Shown here: piece after piece, positions 26,401-36,800 of the stretch
Position numbering within the stretch: position 1 is the stretch's first letter
Layout: each line of letters begins with the position of its first letter
Assembly: GCA_964453315.1 (NCBI GenBank)
Contig: CAYVSD010000003.1
Location: 8,689 to 72,688, forward strand
Source of the DNA: an uncultured Muribaculaceae bacterium
GTDB taxonomy: Bacteria > Cyanobacteriota > Vampirovibrionia > Gastranaerophilales > Gastranaerophilaceae
Direction of reading: 5' to 3'
Length of the DNA: 64,000 nt
Made by a program: the position numbers and the translations under genes
Notes under the pieces: model-generated
Told to the model about the DNA's origin: nothing
Databases searched by the model: none
The model's input: the letters and a program-made list of their open reading frames with translations, nothing else

Positions 26401-28107
26401 ATGGCAGAATTTACACCAGAAAAATGTAAACAAATAGCACTCGCAAGACTTGATATTGTTCACAAGTGGCTTGAGTTCAGAAAGAAATCTCAAAACAAAC
26501 TTCAGGCTGATTATGATTTTGTGAAATTACATAATACTTCAAATTCTCACCTCTTTGAGATTTTAGGCAAGATTTCCCGCGGAAGTTTACACCGTTGGTA
26601 TGCAATGCTAAACGGAACGGAAGATTACACGAAATTATTGCCACAGTACAAATATAGCAGCGTCGATGAATATAGAACCGTTCTTAATGACGATGAAATA
26701 AAAATATTTATGGGATTGCTTTTGCACCCAAATAGACTTTCAATCGGAAAAGCAATCGCGTTAACCAAATATAAATTAAAAGAACAAGGACAGAGTTTTA
26801 TTCCAGCTGATATTACATTCAGACGTTATGCAAAATGGTTCAAAGATAACAATTATGATAAATGGATTCTTGCCCGTGACGGTGAGAAAGCATTATCTGA
26901 TAAAGTCGAACCGTATATAAAACGTGATGCAAGTTTGCTTGAAGTCGGGGATATTCTTGTAGCCGATGGACATAAATTAGCCTTTCAAGTAATAAATCCG
27001 TTTACAGGAAAACCCACTAGAGCTACCCTTGTTGGATTTTTAGATTGGAAATCAACGGCATTAGTAGGTTATGAAATTATGCTTGAAGAAAATACACAGT
27101 GTATTGCAAGTGCCCTGCGTAATTCAATAATCAATCTTGATATGATACCGAAAGTTGTTTATCAGGACAACGGCAGAGCTTTTAGGGCAAAATATTTTAC
27201 TGATGATAAGGGTTTTACTGAGCTTGGCTTTCAAGGTCTATACTCAAAACTCGGAATAGAAACTGTTTTTGCTCGCCCGTATAATGCCAGAGCGAAAGTA
27301 ATAGAAAGATTCTTCAAAGAGTTTCAGGAAAGTTTTGAAAAACTTTTGCCGAGTTATATCGGAAGCAGCATTCAGAACAAACCCGCTTATATGATGCGAA
27401 ATGAAAAATTCCACAAAAATCTTCATAACGATTTTATTCCGACAATTGAAGAAACAATAAAAATGATTGATATGTGGTTGAGTTTCAAGAATTCTCAGCC
27501 TTGTCCGAATGCACCAAATAAAACGATTGCTGAAGTTTTAGAAGAACGAAAAAGACAAAATGTTGATATTAATACTCTTGATGATTTGATGCTTGCAACC
27601 GAAGTTAAAACAATTCAAAGAAACGGAATTAGGTTTTTAAATTGCGACTATTTTGATGAAAGGTTATACGGATTTAAGAGCAAAGTTATAATTAAATATA
27701 ATCTCTTTGACCTAACAAGTATTAAGGTTTATACCCCGAAAGGCGAGTATTTATGCACCGCAGAAAGAGTAACCGAAACTCATCCGATGGCAAAATTACT
27801 AGGGGATGTAAAAGATTATGAGGATTATAAGCAAAAAATAGTCAGACAACGACAGCTGAAAAAGAAAACAGTTGAATCAGTAAAAAAATATCTTCAAAGT
27901 GAGGATATAAAATTGCTTGAAACACAAGTAGAACAATCTGATTATCATTTGCCCCTTCAAATGCCGTTCAAAATGGATTCAAAAAGGGTTCAAACGCTGT
28001 TCAAAAATAATTCAGAAAAATATGAGTATTTAATAATCCATAATCCACAAGATGAATGGATTGCAGAGTTTAAAAAGACAAAGGAGTACAGACTTTTATA
28101 TGAATAA
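26401..28107 (+). CDS. DDE (RNase H-fold) transposase of the MuA/TnsB/TniA type with a Mu-transposase C-terminal domain
   Basis: 568 aa. Candidate DDE residues in ILVADGHKL, VVYQDNGRAF and RAKVIERFFKE. C-terminal barrel RNGIRFLNCDYFDERLYGFKSKVIIKYNLFDLTSIKVY. Confidence 0.8.
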   Translation: MAEFTPEKCKQIALARLDIVHKWLEFRKKSQNKLQADYDFVKLHNTSNSHLFEILGKISRGSLHRWYAMLNGTEDYTKLLPQYKYSSVDEYRTVLNDDEIKIFMGLLLHPNRLSIGKAIALTKYKLKEQGQSFIPADITFRRYAKWFKDNNYDKWILARDGEKALSDKVEPYIKRDASLLEVGDILVADGHKLAFQVINPFTGKPTRATLVGFLDWKSTALVGYEIMLEENTQCIASALRNSIINLDMIPKVVYQDNGRAFRAKYFTDDKGFTELGFQGLYSKLGIETVFARPYNARAKVIERFFKEFQESFEKLLPSYIGSSIQNKPAYMMRNEKFHKNLHNDFIPTIEETIKMIDMWLSFKNSQPCPNAPNKTIAEVLEERKRQNVDINTLDDLMLATEVKTIQRNGIRFLNCDYFDERLYGFKSKVIIKYNLFDLTSIKVYTPKGEYLCTAERVTETHPMAKLLGDVKDYEDYKQKIVRQRQLKKKTVESVKKYLQSEDIKLLETQVEQSDYHLPLQMPFKMDSKRVQTLFKNNSEKYEYLIIHNPQDEWIAEFKKTKEYRLLYE

Positions 28108-28780
28108 GATTTTTGTAAAAACGCAGAATGTGAAAAACTTTATAGGATTAGTTGAAAATCTAATTAATAAGCCGAAAAATATTCCTAAAATGGGACTTGT
28201 TTATGGAGAACCCGGATTAGGCAAATCACAAACAGCATTGTGGCTTGCTTGCAAATACGATGGAATTTATCTTCGTGCATCAAACCTTATGACTGGCAGA
28301 TGGCTTTTGGAAGAGATGGTAAAAGAGCTTGATGAAATTCCGAGATTTCTGACATCAGATAATTTCAATATCGTGGTTAAAAAGTTGAAACAAAATCCGC
28401 AGATAATTATAATTGATGAAATTGATTACCTGATGAATAACTATAAAACAATTGAAACTCTGCGGGATATCCACGATGAAACCGGATGCCCGATAATTTT
28501 TATCGGAATGGGTTTGGCACACAGAAAACTTGAACGGTACGAGCATCTTTATGATAGGTTTTCAGAAATTTTAAAGTTTGAAAATTTTGGAATAAATGAT
28601 TTATCACAAATAATCGGACAACTTTCGGAGATTCCATTTGCTCCGGATGCTATTGAATATATCCATTCAAAATACAACAGGTTCAGACAAATTGTTCAGC
28701 TGATAAACCAAATGGAAACTTTTTTAAAGGACAATAATTTAACCGAAATTACAAAAGAAATTATGGAGCAGATTTTATGA
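28100..28780 (+). CDS. AAA+ transposition ATPase (TniB/MuB/TnsC-like)
   Basis: Start ATG at 28100 overlaps the transposase stop (ATGAATAA); the track's 28052 start is probably too early. Walker A GEPGLGKSQT. Walker B IIIIDEIDYL. Confidence 0.75.
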   Translation: MNKIFVKTQNVKNFIGLVENLINKPKNIPKMGLVYGEPGLGKSQTALWLACKYDGIYLRASNLMTGRWLLEEMVKELDEIPRFLTSDNFNIVVKKLKQNPQIIIIDEIDYLMNNYKTIETLRDIHDETGCPIIFIGMGLAHRKLERYEHLYDRFSEILKFENFGINDLSQIIGQLSEIPFAPDAIEYIHSKYNRFRQIVQLINQMETFLKDNNLTEITKEIMEQIL

Positions 28781-29019
28781 ATATAGAAAAATTGGTACGA
28801 CATTTAAAGGAATTTACTCTTGATGAAATTGAAATGATTGCAGAATGTGACTGTAAAACGGAACTTGAACAGCTTTTGAACAAGGGTAAATTGGTCTTTG
28901 AACAAGGTTTGTATAAATATAAGGAGCCGGAGCAAAAACAAACTTTTGAATTTATTGCAAAACCAAAATTATACAAAACAAAAAAATCTTATTTAAAGAT
29001 ATGGCTTTGTGTTATTTAA
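28777..29019 (+). CDS. Small hypothetical protein
   Basis: 80-aa ORF whose start overlaps the ATPase stop (ATGA). No motif recognised. Confidence 0.4.
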   Translation: MNIEKLVRHLKEFTLDEIEMIAECDCKTELEQLLNKGKLVFEQGLYKYKEPEQKQTFEFIAKPKLYKTKKSYLKIWLCVI

Positions 29020-29285
29020 ATAACAGAGATTTGACACATTCAACATACAAAGGCTATTGTTATCAACTTAAATATAACATTCTGCCCTATTTTGGCGAAA
29101 AATATATTGATGAAATAACCTATGAAATGCTAATAGATTTTATGACTATGATGAAATCAAAATATAAACCTAAAACAGCAAGTAATGGTGTTACTTTGGT
29201 TGGAAGTATTATGAAATATGCGTTTTTTGAAGGGTATATAAAATACAACCCTTACTTTGGTGTAATTAATTCAAAATGTAAATAA
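29001..29285 (+). CDS. Stand-alone tyrosine-integrase N-terminal SAM-like (core-binding) domain; catalytic domain absent
   Basis: 94 aa. THSTYKGYCYQLKYNILPYFGEKYIDEITYEMLIDFMTMM...TASNGVTLVGSIMKYAFFEGYIKYNP matches the integrase N-terminal domain and ends exactly where the catalytic domain should begin. Confidence 0.5.
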   Translation: MALCYLNNRDLTHSTYKGYCYQLKYNILPYFGEKYIDEITYEMLIDFMTMMKSKYKPKTASNGVTLVGSIMKYAFFEGYIKYNPYFGVINSKCK

Positions 29286-29294
29286 GGAGATACT

Positions 29295-29702
29295 ATGACA
29301 AAATTAGATAAATTATCGCAAGCAGAACAGATGTACATTTATGAGAACCAACCACTCGATTTGATTGGTAAAAAACTTGATCTTTCTCGCAGAACTTTAT
29401 TCTATTGGAAGAAAGAATACGAATGGGATAAAAAGAAGTTTGAAAACGGCAGAGAACAGGAACTTTTTAATCGTGAACTGCTAAATTTTGCACAAAAAAT
29501 TATGTATAAAATTTCAAATGATATTGATAATAACAAGCAAACTCCACAGGCAGAAATGTATTCGCTGATGAATATTTTAAAAAATCTGCCACAGGTTAAA
29601 CAACAAATTACCGAGCCAAAACAAAAGCAAAAGTCTAAAGAGGAAGAATGTTTACCGGAAGATATTGTAAAAATAGTTGAAAGAGATATTTTAGGAATGT
29701 AA
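29295..29702 (+). CDS. HTH protein resembling DUF1804 / small-terminase-like proteins of transposable phages
   Basis: 135 aa. Strong Shine-Dalgarno (AAGGAG). LIGKKLDLSRRTLFYWKKEYEWDKKK resembles the 'iA..lgvs..Tly.W..k..W' motif. Confidence 0.4.
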   Translation: MTKLDKLSQAEQMYIYENQPLDLIGKKLDLSRRTLFYWKKEYEWDKKKFENGREQELFNRELLNFAQKIMYKISNDIDNNKQTPQAEMYSLMNILKNLPQVKQQITEPKQKQKSKEEECLPEDIVKIVERDILGM

Positions 29703-29766
29703 TAGATAATATGTCCATATCTGACATAGCTCACATTTATGATATTATTAAAAAGAGGTAAATATC

Positions 29767-30564
29767 ATGATTAAAGAACTTAGAACTTACGATACAATAG
29801 TTGGACTTAGTGACTTTGATGAATATTCATACTGTGAAAAAGACCAAATGTGGTATGAAGATGCAAAAGAAGTTTTGCCTCAACCGGAAAAAGAATCCGA
29901 GGTTGTTTCTGATTTAATATGTGAAATAAAGGTGAACCATGATGCAAGTATATGGGACGAAGCTGAAGATTGGAATAAACTTGAAGAGGATAAAGACGGC
30001 CTAAGATTATTTGCGGAGTTTTTATTTGGAGATAACTTTGGTTGGGATTGTACAGACAATGCCTTTTTATTAAAAACTCCAAATCAGGTTTTTATAGCAG
30101 GGCTCAATGACTATGGTCTTTGGGAAGTGGAATCATTCACTAAAAAGTTGAAAAATCAAGCATATGCAACTGAATATTCTGAATATGGTGGTGTCTTGAA
30201 ATTTATTGCTTGGACTAATGAAGATAATCAGACAAGATTTGTTATACATTCATATAACGAAAAGGTTGTAATGATACTTTGTCTTGGAGGAAATACAAAC
30301 GCAATAGTTTCGCCATATATCTTGAAGTTACTCAATGAACTTTCTGTTCCGACTTTTGTAATTTGTACGTTCCCATTTTCGTACGAACCAAACAAGAAAA
30401 AGACTTTGGCTTTAAGTTGTTTAACTGAAATCAATAAACTTAATGATAACAGGTATTTTCTGCGAAATGACGATCTTCTCGACTTGAACAGTCATTATAC
30501 TTTAGAGCAGATGTTCGGATTTCAAAATGAAGAAATCGCAAGAAAAATAAATGAAAGGAATTAA
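29767..30564 (+). CDS. Hypothetical protein; C-terminal two thirds resemble a degenerate FtsZ/tubulin GTPase-domain core
   Basis: 265 aa. VFIAGLNDYG, KFIAWTNEDNQ, ILCLGGNTNAIVSPYI, FVICTFPFSYEP and LRNDDLL occur in the same order as the FtsZ T1 loop, NTDxQ, the T4 loop GGGTGTG, PFxFEG and NDxLL. The Gly-rich loops are not conserved. Confidence 0.35.
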   Translation: MIKELRTYDTIVGLSDFDEYSYCEKDQMWYEDAKEVLPQPEKESEVVSDLICEIKVNHDASIWDEAEDWNKLEEDKDGLRLFAEFLFGDNFGWDCTDNAFLLKTPNQVFIAGLNDYGLWEVESFTKKLKNQAYATEYSEYGGVLKFIAWTNEDNQTRFVIHSYNEKVVMILCLGGNTNAIVSPYILKLLNELSVPTFVICTFPFSYEPNKKKTLALSCLTEINKLNDNRYFLRNDDLLDLNSHYTLEQMFGFQNEEIARKINERN

Positions 30565-30887
30565 GCGGTATTGTTTACAGGTATTATAAGGTTTAGTTAT
30601 AGTTACCTTCGCCATTGATATTTTAGGCGATTTAATCGAAAGATTTAGTTTTGGTGAGTCCGATACATAAAAATCAGGTGAGAATTCATAAAAATTATAA
30701 TTTTAAAAAATTTATAAATGCCCGATGCTGGCATAGACGTATTTTATAATTTTTCTGTAACAGATAAAAAAGGAGAAAATTATGAAAAAGATTGTCAGTT
30801 TAGTTTGTTTATTAGCGTTAGTTAATGCATTTATTCCGGCTTTTACCGCTACAAAAGTTCCTGCAGGAACGACCATTCCAATTTCAA

Positions 30888-33800
30888 TTAATCATCTGAT
30901 TCCAAATTTTCTTCATCCGATAATGTATAATTAATTACTTCTTCTGATGTTATATTGCTTGTGTCTAATTTCACTTCTACTGTTTTTATTAATGAAGCAT
31001 CAGGAGCAACAAGGTTTTTGTAAATATCTTTTGAAACTTGTTGAACAATATTTTCTTTCAAAGTTAATCTCGTAAAACTATTTTCGCTATGGTATCCGTT
31101 TACTAAAATATTATCAAGATAATGAACAACAGGAGCATTTGTTGTTATGTTTATGCTTTCGTTCATTCCAAGATTAAAATTACCTGTTTTTTGTGTATAC
31201 AACTGAACATCTGACGGTACAAGGTTTCTCGTATTATTATCTACAACTACAATATGATTATAATCTGACGTATCGTGATTACCGTTTATAATTGTTGCTT
31301 TATTAGTAATATAAGCATCTTTTATTGTTAAATCCGTCATATTTGTTGTAACTGCTGCATTATCTGCATATAAAGAATTGAAAATTACACCGTGGTTATT
31401 ATTTGTATCCGTATCTATATTAATTTTTACATTATTTGCAACATAATTTCCGTCTTTAATATTATAATTTGTACGAGTACCGCCGACAGATACAACATCA
31501 TCTTTTGATACACCTCTTACTTCAAAAACAATCGGTTCTTTTGTAATATCTGATGTTGCATTGGAATCAAAAACAATATTATCCGCAACAAGTTTAACGT
31601 CAACTATTCTGTTACCGCTTTCATCTTTCAAGCCAAGCCCTAAAATATCTGCATTTTTAATTGTTATGGTTGAATTTCCTTCACCATTTGCATAAGCATC
31701 ATAAGCCTCAATTATAATTTGTTTTCCTATTGCATTTCTTGCTTCCTCAGCAATTGGTAAAATTGAATCGTCATCATCAAGGTGTTCTCCGTACATTGAA
31801 ATGTTATTAATAACTAAATTTTTACCTTTTTGTTTAACACTTATTGTGTTTCCGAATACCAAGTTTTCTATAGTTGTTTCATCTTCAAGATCAAGAACGA
31901 TTTGGCCCAAGCCTTTTGTTCTTGCTTGCGCTATTCTTAGTTTTTCACCGACTTTATTTGATCTTCCGTCAAAATATATTGAATCATAAGCTTCAAGATA
32001 CACTCTTGAATCGGGATTTCCGAGATGATCTTGTATCATTGTCAGATTTTTGCCGTCTTCGCCTATATTTTCACTTGCAACAATTGACACATTTTGTCCT
32101 GAAATCACATAATCTCCGATATCTCCCGCATTTTTTACGGAATATGATTTATATGGAGCATAACCCTGCTCATCGGGTTCGCCTGTTTGTATCATATCTG
32201 CTGCCGTCAAGACTATATTTCCGTCTGATACAATATTATAAAGATTTAAATCAGATTCTTTTGCTCTTAAATTAATAAAGCGTTTGTCTGTTTTATTTTC
32301 GTTTTCGGCTTTTGCCGTTATTTTGCCGTCAATTTTAACATTTATTGATTCATCAGGAACTCTTGTTTCTGCTTTTGTTGAAACTCCGGGTTTTGGAGCA
32401 TCTGTTCTTCCGATATCACCGTCTGATACGGTTAGCATTAAATCTCCGTTTGATACAAGTAGAGTTTTATATGCATGTTTATCGTTGTTTGTTTCCGAAC
32501 CGTTCAATATAGAACCGTTTGTTTGATTTATTATAATGTCTTTTGCAGATGTAATATAGTTATCGTTATTTGAATCAGCTTCGCCGATATAAATGTTTGA
32601 ATTTTGGTTTGTTATATTTATATTTTTAGCATCAGTTTTGATTAAGCCTTCAATATCTATACCTTTGGAACCTGTATTTGTAAGACTTATTTCATCATTA
32701 ACATTATGAATTTTGCCTGATGTTGCCAGATAAATACCACCGTTTGAAGATGTATTTGCAATATTTGTTTCACCTTTACGGTTTAATATATTTGCACCTA
32801 TTTGAAGTGAACCTTTATCAGTGTTATTTAAATTAATCATTCCGTTTGTATTTTCAACAATTCCGTTGACTACTGCACCATTAACCGTTGAAATAACAAT
32901 ATTTCCGCTTTCACTATTAGCTATTTTGCCGTTAGTAGTCAATTTATCGGAATTTTCTTCTGTTGAAATATTTATATTTCCGTTTTTAGTTTCAATATTT
33001 GAATCAGATAAAAGATTTATAGCACCTTTTTTGTTTGTAATTGTAATATTACCATCAGTATTCTTAACAGAAGAATTTATTGATGTAGAATTACTGTTTG
33101 TTGTTATTCCAATGTTGCCTTTGGTGTTTGTGATATCGCCAATGATTACGTTTGTTCCGTTTGTGCTTGTGATTGTTGTGTTACCCTCGCCATTTACGAC
33201 ATTACCGCTTTGTGAATAACCGTTGGTACTTGTCAAAGTTATCTCACCTTTATTTGTCGAAACATCTTTGACAGACAAGCCGTTTGATGCTATTGTTACA
33301 TCACCGATATTTGTTGAAACGGCTCCCGATATACCTGTTGTGCCGTTATTTGTTAGTATAATATTTCCGTTTCCGTTGGTTATTGCTCCTGATATTGCAG
33401 CTAAACCTAAATTATTTGAGATATTAATATCTCCTGTTTCATTCAAAATAGCATTTGATATTGTTAAACCATTCAGAGAAGAAATAACAACATCATTATT
33501 TTTATTTGATACAGTTCCTGATATATCAATTTTTTGGGCATTATTAGTATTTTTAATTGCAACGCCGTTTGTTGCTGAAACAGTTGATACATCCGTTAAG
33601 AATAAATTGCCTTGTTTGTTTTCTATATTAACAGTTCCGTCATAGGTTTTTATATCTGTACCTATACTTGTGCTTACTGAATCTGTTGTTATACTAATAT
33701 TGCCTTTGGTATTGGTTATATCACCGATAAATACATTAGAACCGTTTGTACTTGAAATAACAGTATTACCTTCTTTGTTTACAATGTTGCCTGACTGGCT

Positions 33801-36800
33801 GTAACCGTTGGTACTTGTCAGAGTTATATCACCTTTATTTGTTGAAATACCTGCTATTGACAAGCCGTTTGATGCTATTGTTATATTACCTATATCTGTT
33901 GAAATCTTATCTGATATTATGCTGTTACCGTTTGATGTTACAGTTATATCAGCATTTTGTACTTCTATAGCATTAGATACTACTAAGTTTGAAGTTGAAT
34001 TGTTTGCTATATTAACATTCCCGTTATTTTCGATTTTTCCTGAAATATTTGCTTCATTATTTCCGGCTTGAGTAATATTTAATAAGCCGTTGTTTGTAAT
34101 ATCTCCGGAAACGGTTAATCTTGCTCCGGAATTTGTTATGGCTACATCTCCTAAAGCGTTATTTATTGAATTTGATATTATTAAATCATTATTTATATTT
34201 GTAATATTTATATCACCGTTAGTATTTGAAATAGCTCCTTTAGCATGAATTCCGTTATTTGATAATATATCAATATCTCCGTCTAAATTTGTTATATCAG
34301 AATTAATGCTTAGTTGATTACCTGTATTATTAAGTGTAATACCATCAGTTGCTGTAACGCTCGATAATTCTATATTACCTTTTTTATTTTCAATGTTAAC
34401 CGAACCGTCAGATGTTTTAATATCGGAAGCAATACTCGTACCGGCACCGTTTGTTGTTATTTCAATATCACCTTTTGTATTAGTAATATCACCGATAATC
34501 ATATTAGCGCCGTTAGTGCTTGAGATAACAGTGTTACCTTCTTGATTTATGATATTACCTGATTGGCTGTATCCGTTGGTACTTGTCAGTGTTATTTTAC
34601 CTTTATTTGTCGAAACATCTTTGACAGACAAGCCGTTTGAAGTGATTGAAACATCTCCTGTATTTGTTGAAACAGAATTTGAAAGAATTGAGTTTCCACT
34701 GTTTGAGATTAAAATATTTCCGTTATTGTTGGTTATTACGCCTGAAATTGTTGCCAAACCTGAATTATTAGAAATATTAATATTTCCTGTTTCATTTGAA
34801 ATTGCGTCAGATATTGTCAAACCGTTCAATGATGAAATGTCGACATTTCCTGTTTCGTTCGTTACTGTGTTTGAAATTGTCAAATCTTTTAAAGATGAAA
34901 TGACGATGTCATTATTTTTGTTTGAAACAGTTCCGTCAATATTCAATTTTTGTGCGTTATTTGTGTTTTTAATCGAAATACCCTCAGTCGCAGAAACATT
35001 AGATAATTCTAAGTCGCCTTTTTGGTTTTCTATTGAAACTGTGCCGTCTGATGTTGAAATATTTGATGCAATATTTGTGCTTGTTGAATTTGTTGTAATT
35101 CCAATGTTGCCTTTGGTGTTTGTGATGTCGCCAATGATTACGTTTGTTCCGTTTGTGCTTGTAATTGTCGTGTTGCCCTCATTATTTACGACATTACCGC
35201 TTTGTGAATAGCCGTTTGTGCTTGTTAAAGTTATTTCACCTTTGTTTGTTGAAACATCTTTAACAGACAAGCCGTTTGAAGTGATTGAAACATCTCCTGT
35301 ATTTGTTGAAACAGAATTTGAAAGAATTGAGTTTCCACTGTTTGAGATTAAAATATTTCCGTTATTGTTGGTTATTACGCCTGAAATTGTTGCCAAACCT
35401 GAATTATTAGAAATATTAATATTTCCTGTTTCATTTGAAATTGCGTCAGATATTGTCAAACCGTTCAATGATGAAATGTCGACATTTCCTGTTTCGTTCG
35501 TTACTGTGTTTGAAATTGTCAAATCTTTTAAAGATGAAATGACGATGTCATTATTTTTGTTTGAAACAGTTCCGTCAATATTCAATTTTTGTGCGTTATT
35601 TGTGTTTTTAATCGAAATACCCTCAGTCGCAGAAACATTAGATAATTCTAAGTCGCCTTTTTGGTTTTCTATTGAAACTGTGCCGTCTGATGTTGAAATA
35701 TTTGATGCAATATTTGTGCTTGTTGAATTTGTTGTAATTCCAATGTTGCCTTTTGTGTTTGTAATGTCGCCAATGATTACGTTTGTTCCGTTTGTGCTTG
35801 TAATTGTTGTATTGCCCTCATTATTTACGACATTACCGCTTTGTGAATAACCATTAGTGCTTGTTAAAGTTATTTCACCTTTTTTTGTTGAAACGTCTTT
35901 GACAGACAAGCCGTTTGAAGTGATTGTTATATTTCCTGTGCCGTCTGTAATATTATTTGAAATGGCACTTGTAATTATGCTATTTCCGTTTGATGAAATT
36001 ACTATATTGCCGTTTTCATTTGTTATTGCATTTGATATTGCCAAATTTGAGATTGACTGATTATCAATCCTGATATTTCCAATATTGTCGATTAAGCCTG
36101 CAATATTAACTGTTCCACTACCTTTTTGAGTAATTGCGAAATTTCCTATATTATCTATATCGCCTGTTATGTCAATTTTACCACCGCCATTTGCAAAGAA
36201 AACTTCACCATCAAGATTTGTAATTTTACTTTCTGATGTCAAATCACCATTTGTATTGAATATGGATAAATCTCCCTTTTTGTTGATTATGGAGCCTTTA
36301 ATATCCAAACCATTTTTAGACGATATTTCAATACCATGGTCATCATTAGTTAATTCGGCATTAATAGTCAGTTTTTCGGAACTTCCGCTATTTTGAATTA
36401 GAATGCCGTTTGTTGCTTCAATGTCTTTTGCACCTTTAAATTCTAAATTACCTTTTTTATTGTCTATCTCAATCTTGCCATCAGATGTTTTAATGTTTGA
36501 ATCAAATTGAGTGTTTAATGAATTTGTTTCAATTCCAATATTACCTTTTGTATTTATTATATCTCCGTTTATTGTGTTTGAACCGTTAGATAATGATATT
36601 AAAATTTTGCCGTAATCCGTTGTAATATTTCCGTTTTGAGTATATCCGTTTGTTGATGTAATAGTAATATCACCGGCTTTTTCTACAACTGCAGAGCCTA
36701 AAGTCAAACCGTTTGATGTTACTACGATATTGCCGAAATCAGTAGTAATTGTATTTGAAATTACACTGTTTCCGTTAGATATAATATTAATATTTCCATT

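Larger units (their letters stand above)
26021..30564 (+). mobile_element. Mu/Tn7-superfamily transposition module (DDE transposase + AAA+ regulator + small accessory genes); possibly a remnant
   Basis: End-like module, then translationally coupled tniA/MuA-like and tniB/MuB-like genes and four further co-oriented ORFs. No convincing inverted right end was found. Confidence 0.5.

Noticed and set aside
30888-32400. CdiA-style C-terminal toxin with a downstream immunity gene
   Set aside because: No VENN/ELYN-type pre-toxin motif is visible. The C-terminus still looks like beta-helix repeat sequence. No same-strand small ORF follows the stop. Toxin HMMs are still needed for certainty.
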